Assembly (NCBI GenBank): GCA_017410185.1
Contig: JAFQRI010000101.1
Location: 357-64,356 of the forward strand
Origin: Oscillibacter sp.
GTDB taxonomy: Bacteria > Bacillota > Clostridia > Oscillospirales > Oscillospiraceae
Length of the DNA stretch: 64,000 nt
Direction of reading: 5' to 3'
Shown: positions 1 to 9,435 of the stretch, one piece after another
Numbering within the stretch: position 1 is the stretch's first letter
How the letters are laid out: every line of letters starts with the position of its first letter
Notes under the pieces: generated by a model
What the model was told of the DNA's origin: nothing
The model's input: the letters and a program-made list of their open reading frames with translations, nothing else
The model's database searches: none
Position numbers and translations under genes: made by a program

Positions 1-1786
1 GCTCCATCAGGCAGGGATTAGCCTCGGGCATAGCGGCCTTGTAAGCCAGCTGAGCGGCGGTCTTGAAGGCGATTTCGGAGGAGTCAACGGGATGGTAGGA
101 GCCATCATACAGCACGGCCTTCAGGTTGACCACGGGGTAGCCGGCCAGAGGACCATGGACGCAGGCCTCACGCAGACCCTTCTCAACGGCAGGGAAGAAG
201 TTCTTGGGCACGGAGCCGCCGAAGACTTCCTCAGCAAAGACCATCTCTTCGCTGTCCATGCAGGGCTCGAAGCGGATCCAAACGTCACCGAACTGGCCGC
301 TGCCGCCGGTCTGCTTCTTATGGCGGCCCTGCTTCTGCACGGTCTTGCGGATCTTCTCACGATAAGCAACGCGGGCGGGCTTGAGCTCGGTCTCCACGTT
401 GAAGCGGGTCTTGAGCTTGTTCACCAGAACGTCGATCTGCATATCGCCGGAGCCGGAGAGGACCATCTGGTGGGTCTCGCCGTTATTGACGATGGAGAAG
501 GTGGGATCCTCTTCGTTGAGGCGGTTGAGGCCCTGAGCCACCTTATCTTCCTGTCCGCGGGTCTTGGGAGCGATCGCCACGCTGTAGCAGGGCTGTGCGA
601 AGGGCAGGGGGTTGAGAGTAACGACCTTACGGGGATCGCACAGGGTATCGCCGGTCTTGACGCGGTCCATCTTGGCGATGGCGCCGATCTCGCCGCAATC
701 CAGCTCCTTGACCTCAGTGGCCTTCTTGCCGCGCATGATATACAGGCGGCCCAGCTTCTCGGTGTTGCCGGTGCGGGTGTTGACCATGGTCATATCAGAG
801 GTGAGAGTGCCGGAAATGACCTTCACGAAGGAGTACTTGCCGTACTGGTCGGAAACGGTCTTGAAGACGAAAGCGATGGGCACGCCGCCGGGAGAGACAA
901 CGAATTCCTCACGCTCGCCATCCTGACGGGTGGCCTTGTAGTGGTTGCCGTCCATGGGGTTGGGCAGGAGGCTGACGATATTGTCCATCAGCATGAGGGA
1001 ACCCATGCAGTTGATGGCGCTGCCGCACAGCACGGGGAACAGGCTCATCTCGCGCACGCCCTGGCTCAGGCCCTGGATCATCTCGGCGTAGGTGAAGTCC
1101 TCGCCGCCGAAGAACTTATCCATGAACTCCTCGCTGGTCTCAGCAACAGACTCCTTCAGAGCGTCGTTGAACTCGGTGATCACGTCTTCCTTATCGGCGG
1201 GAACCTCGATCTCAACACGCTTGAGGTTCTGCATCTCATAAGCACGCTTGTTCAGAACATCGATGATACCGGTGACCTTCTTGTTCTCATCCCAGATGGG
1301 CACGACAACGGGAGCGATCTTGTTGCCGAAACGCTCACGCAGAGCCTCGAAGGTTGCGTTGTAATCGCTGTTATCCTCATCGGTCTTGGAGATGTAGATG
1401 AAGCGGGGCATATTGCGCTCTTCGCAATACTTCCATGCCTTCTCAAGGCCCACAGAGATGCCGTCCTTGGCGGAGCAGACGATGATGGCGGCGTCAGCGG
1501 CGCGCAGAGCGGCCACAGCCTCACCGGCGAAATCGAACGCACCGGGAGTATCCAGAATGTTGATGCGGCAGCCCTTATAGTCGATGGGAGCCACAGAGGT
1601 AGTAATGGAGATCTGGCGCTTGATCTCTTCGGGATCGTAGTCGGAAACGGTGTTGCCGTCCACCACGCGGCCCATACGGTCGATGGCGCCGGTCATATAA
1701 AGCAGACTCTCGGTCAGTGCGGTCTTACCGCTGCCGCTGTGACCAAGCAGGCATACGTTACGAATGTTCTGTACAGAATAGCTCAT
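1..1786 (-). CDS. Elongation factor G paralog (EF-G2-like), 3' end truncated by the window edge
   Basis: Not in the ORF track. Manual translation from ATG 1786 gives MSYSVQNIRNVCLLGHSGSGKTALTE...RQISI...ILDTPGAFDF...ISKTD...HKKQTGGSGQFGDV. AAGGAG lies upstream of the start. Confidence 0.93.
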   Translation of the reverse strand, partial: MSYSVQNIRNVCLLGHSGSGKTALTESLLYMTGAIDRMGRVVDGNTVSDYDPEEIKRQISITTSVAPIDYKGCRINILDTPGAFDFAGEAVAALRAADAAIIVCSAKDGISVGLEKAWKYCEERNMPRFIYISKTDEDNSDYNATFEALRERFGNKIAPVVVPIWDENKKVTGIIDVLNKRAYEMQNLKRVEIEVPADKEDVITEFNDALKESVAETSEEFMDKFFGGEDFTYAEMIQGLSQGVREMSLFPVLCGSAINCMGSLMLMDNIVSLLPNPMDGNHYKATRQDGEREEFVVSPGGVPIAFVFKTVSDQYGKYSFVKVISGTLTSDMTMVNTRTGNTEKLGRLYIMRGKKATEVKELDCGEIGAIAKMDRVKTGDTLCDPRKVVTLNPLPFAQPCYSVAIAPKTRGQEDKVAQGLNRLNEEDPTFSIVNNGETHQMVLSGSGDMQIDVLVNKLKTRFNVETELKPARVAYREKIRKTVQKQGRHKKQTGGSGQFGDVWIRFEPCMDSEEMVFAEEVFGGSVPKNFFPAVEKGLREACVHGPLAGYPVVNLKAVLYDGSYHPVDSSEIAFKTAAQLAYKAAMPEANPCLME

Positions 1787-1883
1787 AGTTGTTTTCCACT
1801 CCTTATGATATTGCCCGACATGCGCTATCGCGCCCCGCCGGACGGGGTTTACATCACGGACGGCTACTGCCGCCAACGTACAA

Positions 1884-1912
1884 ATTATACAACAATTGTC
1901 AGCCTAAGACAA
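1884..1912 (-). promoter_or_regulatory. sigma-A-like promoter for the EF-G paralog
   Basis: TTGTCT-17 bp-TATAAT on the minus strand. Confidence 0.6.
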
Positions 1913-1998
1913 CAGGTTTCTTGTCAGTGTCCACATTTTAGGCAGTAATGCAAAAAACTTCCCTCAATTTTTGACGAACGCGTAAAAGATTACGCAGC

Positions 1999-2030
1999 AA
2001 AAGACGCACCGCTTTTGGCGATGCGTCTCT
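1999..2030 (-). terminator. Intrinsic terminator after the ATPase-like gene
   Basis: AGACGCA...TGCGTCT stem followed by a T run on the minus strand. Confidence 0.65.
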
Positions 2031-2038
2031 TTCTTCAG

Positions 2039-4060
2039 TCAATATCGGGCAGAAAGGTCGCTGAGCAGCACCACCGGCGCTGTCCACAGCAGCAAAAAGG
2101 CTTCCAGCGTCAGCGGCGACATGAGGGCATACCCTCCCACAGAGGCGAGATAGGCTGTCAGCAAAGTGCCTGCTACACTTCCCGCCAGAGAAATCAGAGT
2201 ATTCCAGCGGACGGTGCGCACCATACGGCGGCTGCCAACCACCGTTTCCGCATAGGGCAGCAGCCCCTCCCGGAAAAGCAGCGCCCGGGGCAGATCCCGG
2301 TCCTTTCCCGCCTCGCTCAAAGCTACGCGCACCATCAGGTTGGGATACTCCATGCGGGTCCTTTTTCCAAACTTCCGCTTCAAAAGCGCGGGGGTCACAT
2401 TGGGGTCCCGGGTAGCAAGGATCGTGGAAACGGAGTTCTTCCGCAGCATCTTCAGGGCAAAATCCACATTTTCCGAGGGGTTGTACTTTACGGCAAACAC
2501 TGCCACCAGTTCCTTATCCACCGCCAGGAAAATGCCGGTTTTCAAATTGATGTCCCCGGGCAGGCGCACATCCATCTTCCGCATGAAAGACGCCGTTCCC
2601 AGCAGAACGCTCTCTCCCCGGATGGTTCCGGCATATCCGCCCTCTTCATAGAAGGCAAACTGGTCCACCTTCAGATGGTCGCCCATTTCGCTGCGCAGGA
2701 CTTCCGTAAAAAGTCTTCCCAGGCCGCAGTCTGCCGCGCGGGCCATACTGGCAGCGTAAGAAACTACCTTCCACCGTTCTTCGCCATAGATCTTCATACC
2801 GTTGAGCTGTACCGCTCCCGGCGGGAAGAGGTCCGTATCCGTGAGGATCATACATTTGCGGCGGCTGATCTTTTCCGCCCCCTGAAAGCCTGCCACGGCA
2901 CAGCCTGCCTTTTGCAGGTGCCGCGCGAGCCGGGCCCAGGGCAGGGAAAAGCACAGGGGCAGCACAAACCCGGCGGCGCCGGAAAGAATGATGGAAAGGT
3001 GCAGCAAAAAGTCGCTGCCCCGTCCCTTGCCCAAACTGGTAAGGCCGGCAAATACCACCGCCGCCACACCCAGCAAAGGCAGCAGCACCGTCTGGGCCAG
3101 CACGGAATCATCCGTTCTTTGAGCTGTCGTATAAAAGCCAAACACCGCGCCCCGCTGCTTGCAGGCTGCACGCTCCGTTTCGGCGATGAGATAGGGAGGC
3201 TCATCGTCCATACTGGCGGCGCGGAAGGTATCAAAGTATCCCCGGTCAAGGCGGGTGTTGCCAAGCTGGGCAAAAAACAGTGCAAGGCAGCTCACAGCTG
3301 CATAGGGCGTCACATCCGCCCGTGCGGCGCTGACAAAACGCACCACGCAATCGCCCATGGCGGCTGCCGCAGCCGCCGCGACCAGCACCTCGCTGGTGCA
3401 GCGCTTTTCCCGCAGCCGCTCCAACACCTTTGCAAACACGCCCCGGCACAAAATGGCCGACAGCACCAGACATACCAGAAGCACAATGGCCTGATTCTTC
3501 GGCCGGCCCGACCATAGCGGGATCAGGATCCCCTGCTCCTCCAGGGCCAGCAGAGCCGTGGGGATCAGCGCAAGAAAGAACGCTGGCAGCAGCATGGCGC
3601 TGCGGGTCTTGTAATCCTCCCGCGCGTCTGCGGCGGCAGTACGCAGATCCGGTTCTTCCCCGATCTCATCTGCCTCCGTCAGTTCCTCTTCCGGCTCCGG
3701 CGGCTCAAACAGCCGCTCTGTGTCCTCCTCCGCCTTCCGGCGGGAGAACAGGCCCTTACGGGGCTGCAGGATGGGTTCTTCCTCCCGTCGCTCCTCCATC
3801 ACCGCATCCACGGTGTTTCCCACCATCTGCTCCAGAGAGATGGGGCGGGGGGCTTTGGGAAGATCCTTGCTGATATCCGTTTCCCCACGGGGCCTCTTCG
3901 GCGGCTTGGGTGGTTCTTCCTCCGTATGATCCACAGAGCGCTCCACCGCCTCCATCAGCTTTTGCCCGCGGCTTCCGCCGTATTCGGCAAGGATGTCCTC
4001 CAGGCAGAACTCTTCCTCCACCAGAGGCTCATTCAGTTGTCTTTTCTTATTGGAAGCCAT
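2039..4060 (-). CDS. Membrane protein with a degenerate P1B-type ATPase fold
   Basis: Acidic N-terminus and several TM helices. The segments GCAVAGFQGAEKISRRKCMILTDTDLFP, EEGGYAGTIRGESVLLGTASFM and ILATRD match P-type ATPase P/N domains by eye, but DKTGT is absent. Confidence 0.65.
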   Translation of the reverse strand: MASNKKRQLNEPLVEEEFCLEDILAEYGGSRGQKLMEAVERSVDHTEEEPPKPPKRPRGETDISKDLPKAPRPISLEQMVGNTVDAVMEERREEEPILQPRKGLFSRRKAEEDTERLFEPPEPEEELTEADEIGEEPDLRTAAADAREDYKTRSAMLLPAFFLALIPTALLALEEQGILIPLWSGRPKNQAIVLLVCLVLSAILCRGVFAKVLERLREKRCTSEVLVAAAAAAAMGDCVVRFVSAARADVTPYAAVSCLALFFAQLGNTRLDRGYFDTFRAASMDDEPPYLIAETERAACKQRGAVFGFYTTAQRTDDSVLAQTVLLPLLGVAAVVFAGLTSLGKGRGSDFLLHLSIILSGAAGFVLPLCFSLPWARLARHLQKAGCAVAGFQGAEKISRRKCMILTDTDLFPPGAVQLNGMKIYGEERWKVVSYAASMARAADCGLGRLFTEVLRSEMGDHLKVDQFAFYEEGGYAGTIRGESVLLGTASFMRKMDVRLPGDINLKTGIFLAVDKELVAVFAVKYNPSENVDFALKMLRKNSVSTILATRDPNVTPALLKRKFGKRTRMEYPNLMVRVALSEAGKDRDLPRALLFREGLLPYAETVVGSRRMVRTVRWNTLISLAGSVAGTLLTAYLASVGGYALMSPLTLEAFLLLWTAPVVLLSDLSARY

Positions 4061-4100
4061 TTGATCCTCTTTATCTGTGGTGGAAGGGACAAAAAATCGT

Positions 4101-4871
4101 TCAGCTCAGGCGCTGGCGCACTGCTTCGTAGAGCAGGATCGCTGCAGCAGCAGAGGCGTTGAGGGAATTGAGCTTTCCCTTCATGGGAATGCTCACAAGG
4201 AAATCGCAGTTTTCTTCGGCAAGACGGGTCATACCGTCACCCTCGGAGCCGATGACAATGGCGGCAGAGCCCTTGAGGTCCGCCTTATAAAGCTCGGTGG
4301 TGCCCTTTGCGGCAGTGCCAAAGACCCAAACGCCCTGCTTTTTCAGATCGTTGATCAGGGAAGGGATGTTTGCCACCCGGGCCACAGGCATGTGGGCCAC
4401 GGCGCCGGCACTGGTCTTGGCCACCACGGCGGTAAGACCTGCACTGCGGCGCTTGGGGATCACCACGCCGTGGGCGCCGGCGCACTCGGCCGTGCGGATG
4501 ATGGCGCCCAGGTTATGGGGGTCGGAGATCTCGTCGCAGATGACGATCAGGGGCTTTTCCCCCTTCTCCGCGGCCTTTTCCAGAATATCCTCCACGCTGA
4601 CATACTCCCGCATGGCAGCAAGGGCGATAACGCCCTGATGGGCATGGGTGCGGCTCATGCCGTCCAGCTTGCGCTTGTCGGCGTCCACCACCACGATGCC
4701 GGCGGCACGGGCCTTGGAGGCGATGTGGCCCAGCGTTTTGTCCGTTTCGCCCTTCTGGATGAAGATCTTGTCGATATTTTCACCGGCCCGCAGCGCCTCG
4801 ATCACAGCGTTGCGGCCCTCGATCACGCCGTCAGCCTCGGCGGTGAGAGCGTTTTTCTTTTCTTCGTTCAT
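4101..4871 (-). CDS. rlmB: 23S rRNA (Gm2251) methyltransferase, TrmH/SpoU family
   Basis: IEGRNAVIEAL, HQGVIA, DPHNLGAIIRTA, IGSEGDG and SLNASAA motifs. Confidence 0.93.
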   Translation of the reverse strand: MNEEKKNALTAEADGVIEGRNAVIEALRAGENIDKIFIQKGETDKTLGHIASKARAAGIVVVDADKRKLDGMSRTHAHQGVIALAAMREYVSVEDILEKAAEKGEKPLIVICDEISDPHNLGAIIRTAECAGAHGVVIPKRRSAGLTAVVAKTSAGAVAHMPVARVANIPSLINDLKKQGVWVFGTAAKGTTELYKADLKGSAAIVIGSEGDGMTRLAEENCDFLVSIPMKGKLNSLNASAAAAILLYEAVRQRLS

Positions 4872-4987
4872 TATAGAATCTCCTCTTGGGAAATGTTTTT
4901 ATCCATAGATATTGGTATTGTATCACATCACAGCTGTTCAATAAAGCTAAATTTACAGAAACTTCATCAAAAAGAAAAGAACCGTTC

Positions 4988-5016
4988 TTGTGAGAAGGGC
5001 GCTTTCGTGTTATACT
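4988..5016 (+). promoter_or_regulatory. sigma-A-like promoter for ftsH
   Basis: TTGTGA-17 bp-TATACT with a TG extension. Confidence 0.5.
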
Positions 5017-5066
5017 CCTACTGTTATTTAAATAGTATCACTCTGGAAAGGAGCATTTTTCATTAT

Positions 5067-7247
5067 ATGGACAATAAAAACAATCGTCCCAAGGGCGGTA
5101 AGAACAGCAACTGGCGGGGTCTTGTGTCCCTTGTGAGCTGGGCGCTGCTGCTGACGGTCCTGTTCTCCTCCGCGGGAGACTTTATGACCGGACAGGCGCG
5201 GCACGCGGACTCTGTGGAGCTGGAGTACGGCCAGTACCGCCAGATGGTCAAAGGCGGTAATGTCTCCGCCGTGGGCTTTGACAACGAGGAGGATATCCTC
5301 ATCATCACCCCTGCTGACGGCTACACTTACACGGACGAGGACGGCAAGCTCTTCGTCTATAATGCGGAGGAAAAGACCTACGCCATCCACACTTGGGACG
5401 AGGATGCCGGCGAATATCTCCCCGCTGACTCCGACCCTGTATCCCTGGAGCTGTTCACGGTGCAGATCGAGTCCAACGACGCCGTCATCGCCTTCCTGGA
5501 TGAGCACGAAGTCTCTGATATCGACGAGGACTATCAGGCTCCCATGAGCTTCTTCACCTCCATGCTTATCAGTCTCCTGCCTCTGCTGATCTCCATCGTG
5601 GCTCTCACCGCCATTATGAGCATCATGGCCAAGCGCGGCATGGGCGGCATGGGCGGTATCGGCGGCGTGGGCAAGGCCAACGCCAAGGTATACATGGAAA
5701 AATCCACCGGCGTGACCTTCAAGGACGTTGCCGGCCAGGATGAAGCCAAGGAGTCCCTCACGGAGATCATTGATTTCCTCCACAACCCCGGCAAGTATAC
5801 CGAGATCGGCGCAAAGCTTCCCAAGGGCGCTCTGCTGGTTGGCCCTCCGGGCACCGGCAAGACCCTCCTTGCCAAGGCTGTTGCCGGCGAGGCGAAGGTC
5901 CCCTTCTTCTCCATCTCCGGCTCTGACTTTGTGGAGATGTTCGTAGGCGTTGGCGCAAGCCGTGTCCGCGACCTGTTCAAGGAGGCCAACAAGGTGGCCC
6001 CCTGCATCGTTTTCATCGATGAGATCGACACCATCGGCAAATCCCGTGACAACCGCATGGGCGGCAACGACGAGCGTGAGCAGACCCTCAACCAGCTCCT
6101 TGCCGAAATGGACGGCTTTGACCCCACCAAGGGCGTCATCCTGCTGGCCGCCACCAACCGTCCCGAGGTGCTGGATCAGGCGCTGCTGCGTCCCGGCCGT
6201 TTCGACCGGCGCATCACCATCGACCGCCCCAATCTGGCCGGCCGTATCGCCACCCTGCAGGTCCACACCCGCAACATCAAGCTGGCAGAGGACGTGAATC
6301 TCAAGAAGGTGGCTCTGGCCACTGCCGGCTGCGTTGGCGCAGACCTTGCAAACCTTGTCAACGAAGCAGCCCTCCGCGCCGTGCGCAAGGGCCGCAAGCT
6401 GGTGACCCAGGAAGATCTGCTGGCTGCCTTTGAGCTGGTCATTGCCGGCACGGAGAAAAAGGGCAGCGTCCTCACCGAATTTGAGAAGAAGCTGGTGGCC
6501 TACCACGAGGTGGGTCACGCCATGGTGGCCTACAAGCAGAAAAACACCGAGCCTGTGCAGAAGATCACCATCGTCCCCCATACACAGGGTTCCCTCGGCT
6601 ACACGCTGCTGATGCCCGAGGAGGACAAGACGGAGCTGCGCACCCGCGACGAGCTGATGGCCCGCATCACCGTTTCCATGGGTGGCCGCGCCGCCGAGGA
6701 AGTGGTGATGAACACCATGACCAACGGCGCTTCCCAGGACATTCAGGACGCTACCAATGTGGCCCGGAACATGGTGGCCATGTTCGGCATGAGCGACGAG
6801 TTCGGCATGATGGCGCTGGCCTCCCGACGCAGCCAGTATCTGGACGGCGGCTACGGTATGGACTGCGCGCAGGAAACTGCCGCCCGCATGGACAAGGCCG
6901 TGAAGGAGATCATCGACAAGTGCTATGCACAGGCTGTGGAGATCCTCAAGGCCAACCGGGAAGACATGGATAAGGTAGTAGCCTATCTTCTGGAGAAGGA
7001 GACCATCACCGGCGCCGAGATGGTAGCCATTATTGAAGGCCGGGACCCCGAAACGGTGGACAGCCCCTATTCCTCCACCGCGCTCCGTTCCGATGGCATT
7101 GAGGCCCCTGCCAAAAAGGTGCACATGATCTCCGAAAAGATCGAAGCCCCCGCCCTTCCCGAGGAGGTGCAGGATGCCGTCCCCACCGCCGACGAAAACA
7201 CCCCTTCTGACGCCCCTGCCGACAACAGCGGCGAACAGACCGAATAA
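5067..7247 (+). CDS. ftsH: ATP-dependent zinc metalloprotease FtsH
   Basis: Two TM segments, [22 protein letters not shown] and HEVGH. The start is ATG 5067 after GAAAGGAG; the ORF-track start at 4077 is antisense read-in. Confidence 0.96.
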   Translation: MDNKNNRPKGGKNSNWRGLVSLVSWALLLTVLFSSAGDFMTGQARHADSVELEYGQYRQMVKGGNVSAVGFDNEEDILIITPADGYTYTDEDGKLFVYNAEEKTYAIHTWDEDAGEYLPADSDPVSLELFTVQIESNDAVIAFLDEHEVSDIDEDYQAPMSFFTSMLISLLPLLISIVALTAIMSIMAKRGMGGMGGIGGVGKANAKVYMEKSTGVTFKDVAGQDEAKESLTEIIDFLHNPGKYTEIGAKLPKGALLVGPPGTGKTLLAKAVAGEAKVPFFSISGSDFVEMFVGVGASRVRDLFKEANKVAPCIVFIDEIDTIGKSRDNRMGGNDEREQTLNQLLAEMDGFDPTKGVILLAATNRPEVLDQALLRPGRFDRRITIDRPNLAGRIATLQVHTRNIKLAEDVNLKKVALATAGCVGADLANLVNEAALRAVRKGRKLVTQEDLLAAFELVIAGTEKKGSVLTEFEKKLVAYHEVGHAMVAYKQKNTEPVQKITIVPHTQGSLGYTLLMPEEDKTELRTRDELMARITVSMGGRAAEEVVMNTMTNGASQDIQDATNVARNMVAMFGMSDEFGMMALASRRSQYLDGGYGMDCAQETAARMDKAVKEIIDKCYAQAVEILKANREDMDKVVAYLLEKETITGAEMVAIIEGRDPETVDSPYSSTALRSDGIEAPAKKVHMISEKIEAPALPEEVQDAVPTADENTPSDAPADNSGEQTE

Positions 7248-7252
7248 GCGCA

Positions 7253-7283
7253 AAAATCCCTCCGGACACTCCGGAGGGATTTT
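7253..7283. terminator. Bidirectional terminator between ftsH and the Crp/Fnr gene
   Basis: AAAATCCCTCCGGA-CAC-TCCGGAGGGATTTT. Confidence 0.85.
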
Positions 7284-7286
7284 CCA

Positions 7287-7883
7287 TTATCTCTTTAAAA
7301 CGCCGCTGGTGGAGCCGGTGAGGATCTTCAGCTTCTGGCGAAGCCGGCTGAGTGTTACCGGCGTCATGCCGAGGAAGGAGGCAATGTGCTTGTTGCTCAC
7401 ATCGTCGATCAGTCCGGGATACTTTTTCAAAAACCACTGGTACCGCCCCATGGCCGAGCACTGCAGCAGCAGGATCTTCAGCTCCCAGTGGCGTTGCAGT
7501 GCCTCCTGCAGGACCCGGTTATAAAGGGCCATCAGCTCTTTAGACTGCATCAGCGTTTCCAGCAGGGGCTCCAGCGGGATCATCAGCACCTCGCTGTCGC
7601 TGATGGCCTCAAAGCTGACCCGGGAGGGCTCCTTCAGGCCACCGCAGCCCATCACAAATGATCCGGGCTGAGACGCAAAACAATCGGTGACCTCCCGCCC
7701 TTCTTCATCCAGAACAAAGCCGCGAAAAACGCCGGAAACCAGAATGGGGATGGCCGTCTGCATTTCTCCGCTGGAGATCAGCAGTTTTCCCCGCTTTACC
7801 TGTTCCACCTTGCTGTGTTCCAGTAAAGACCGGAGCAGCATCTCGTCAGAAATGCCCAAATATTCTTCGATAAACTTTCGCAT
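7287..7883 (-). CDS. Crp/Fnr-family transcriptional regulator
   Basis: cNMP-binding-like region (LVSGVFRGF...EGREVT) and C-terminal HTH IASFLGMTPVTLSRLR. An alternative GTG start is at 7892. Confidence 0.88.
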   Translation of the reverse strand: MRKFIEEYLGISDEMLLRSLLEHSKVEQVKRGKLLISSGEMQTAIPILVSGVFRGFVLDEEGREVTDCFASQPGSFVMGCGGLKEPSRVSFEAISDSEVLMIPLEPLLETLMQSKELMALYNRVLQEALQRHWELKILLLQCSAMGRYQWFLKKYPGLIDDVSNKHIASFLGMTPVTLSRLRQKLKILTGSTSGVLKR

Positions 7884-8057
7884 GGCAGCCACACGCTCCT
7901 TTGTTTGTCTTCCGCATTGTAACAGTTTCCCCCGGCCTTTTCATTATAAAATGTAAAGCATTTGTAAAATTTCAAATTTGTTTAAAGTTTGTTCATTTAG
8001 TTTTCCTAAAAAATGGTATTATTGCGGGGCAGATCTTATTGTGATATGATTAATGAT

Positions 8058-8088
8058 ATTATAACCTATCCCCAAAGGGACGAGTCAA
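8058..8088 (-). promoter_or_regulatory. MerR-type promoter (19-bp spacer) divergent from the MerR gene
   Basis: TTGACT-19 bp-TATAAT with a TCCC...GGGA dyad inside the spacer. Confidence 0.75.
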
Positions 8089-8130
8089 GGGTCGTCTCTC
8101 CGCACATTGTATCTATAAAGGTGGCTCACA

Positions 8131-8913
8131 ATGAAAAAGCACGGCGAAGAGTTATTTCAAATCGGAGAAGTTGCTAAAATACTGGGCATCACCCGCAAGA
8201 CAATTCTCGTTTATGAGAACATGGGGCTTTTGACACCCGCCCTAAAGGATAGGGAAAGCGGATACCGTTATTACTCAGCGGACAACATGACGCAGATCCG
8301 TTCGATCCGCTCCCTGCAAGCCCTTGGCCTGACACTGAAAGAAGTTTCGGAATACTATTACGACACAGAAAACATTGATGCCCACCTACAGCGCCTTATG
8401 GACCTGCGGACAACATTGGACAGGAACATCCAAATGCTTCAGGTCCGTTCGACAAAGCAGGGTGATCTGACTGTCCGAAAAACAAATCTGCCCCGACACA
8501 CCTGTTTCTGTCGGCGATATCAATGCCGCGATACGACGGAGGCCGCATACAATCTGCGTGATACCTATATTGCTGCTGCACACACGGGCAAACTGTCTAT
8601 GCTTGACCGCATGTTCACCATGCGTATGAAACAAGATCCAAATGTATTGGATCTCATGTGCTGCATTCCTGTGGATGACAGTTTTGAAGGCCCTGAACGT
8701 GTGGAATTTGCAGAAACACCAGCACTTTGCATTTATTACCGGGGGCCCTATGAGGGAATTACCACAGCCATTCAAGCTCTGGATGCGCACACGAAGGAAA
8801 CCGGTGTTGAAGTCACAGGGCCATTCCGCTCCATCTATCTGGAGGGGCCCCCCAACCGAAGAGAGAGCAGCGCGGATTATATCACGCAGATAGCTGTGCC
8901 GATCAAAGGATGA
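8131..8913 (+). CDS. MerR-family regulator with GyrI-like effector domain (BmrR-like)
   Basis: FQIGEVAKILGITRKTILVYENMGLL...SGYRYY at the N-terminus; YRGPYE and YITQIAVPI at the C-terminus. Visibly lower GC than its neighbours. Confidence 0.9.
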   Translation: MKKHGEELFQIGEVAKILGITRKTILVYENMGLLTPALKDRESGYRYYSADNMTQIRSIRSLQALGLTLKEVSEYYYDTENIDAHLQRLMDLRTTLDRNIQMLQVRSTKQGDLTVRKTNLPRHTCFCRRYQCRDTTEAAYNLRDTYIAAAHTGKLSMLDRMFTMRMKQDPNVLDLMCCIPVDDSFEGPERVEFAETPALCIYYRGPYEGITTAIQALDAHTKETGVEVTGPFRSIYLEGPPNRRESSADYITQIAVPIKG

Positions 8914-9246
8914 ATCCGGAAAACATCAAAACGGCGGGCAGTGCAATGAAATGACCCCAAAAAGTCAGACAACTGTTTCTGACACAAATAGTCCAAACGC
9001 GCAAAAGGGCAAGTTGTCTGTGCAATGCAGGCGGCAAGCCCTTTCTTTTTGCCGTATGAATACCCCTGTTGCCATACTGATCTAATCTGGTTTACGCGTG
9101 TTCTTTCCATTGTTACGAAAAAAGCACTGAGCGGCAGTGTCATCGCGCCACGTCCTTTCACCGCCACTCATATTTTCTATTTACTTTCCCCTTTTTTCGT
9201 CATACAATAATACGTATAGAATTCCTTTGCGAAAGGAGGCCCTCCT

Positions 9247-9420
9247 ATGGCATCCAACTGCGAAGACTGCCTGCACTTTGACTACGATGACGAGATCGAC
9301 GCATGGTTCTGCACCATGGATCTGGACGAGGATGAAATGGAGCGGTTCCTCCGCAGCGATTTCCGCGCATGCCCCTTCTACCGCCGGGGAGATGATTACT
9401 CCACGGCCCGCAAACAGTAA
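9247..9420 (+). CDS. Small Cys/acidic protein (DUF6472-like), 57 aa
   Basis: Below the ORF-track cutoff. AAAGGAGG RBS. MASNCEDCLHFDYDDEIDAWFCTMDLDEDEMERFLRSDFRACPFYRRGDDYSTARKQ. Confidence 0.8.
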   Translation: MASNCEDCLHFDYDDEIDAWFCTMDLDEDEMERFLRSDFRACPFYRRGDDYSTARKQ

Positions 9421-9435
9421 TGGGAGGTGGATCTT

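Noticed and set aside
92-1948. 618-aa + strand ORF, and similar long antisense ORFs (5028-7253, 10852-13095, 27857-30064, 37209-38909, 54129-56783 and others)
   Set aside because: These are shadows of well-supported opposite-strand genes caused by GC-rich codon bias; they show no recognisable motifs.
4077-5066. Apparent 330-aa N-terminal extension of FtsH
   Set aside because: It lies antisense to rlmB, and a promoter and RBS sit directly before ATG 5067.
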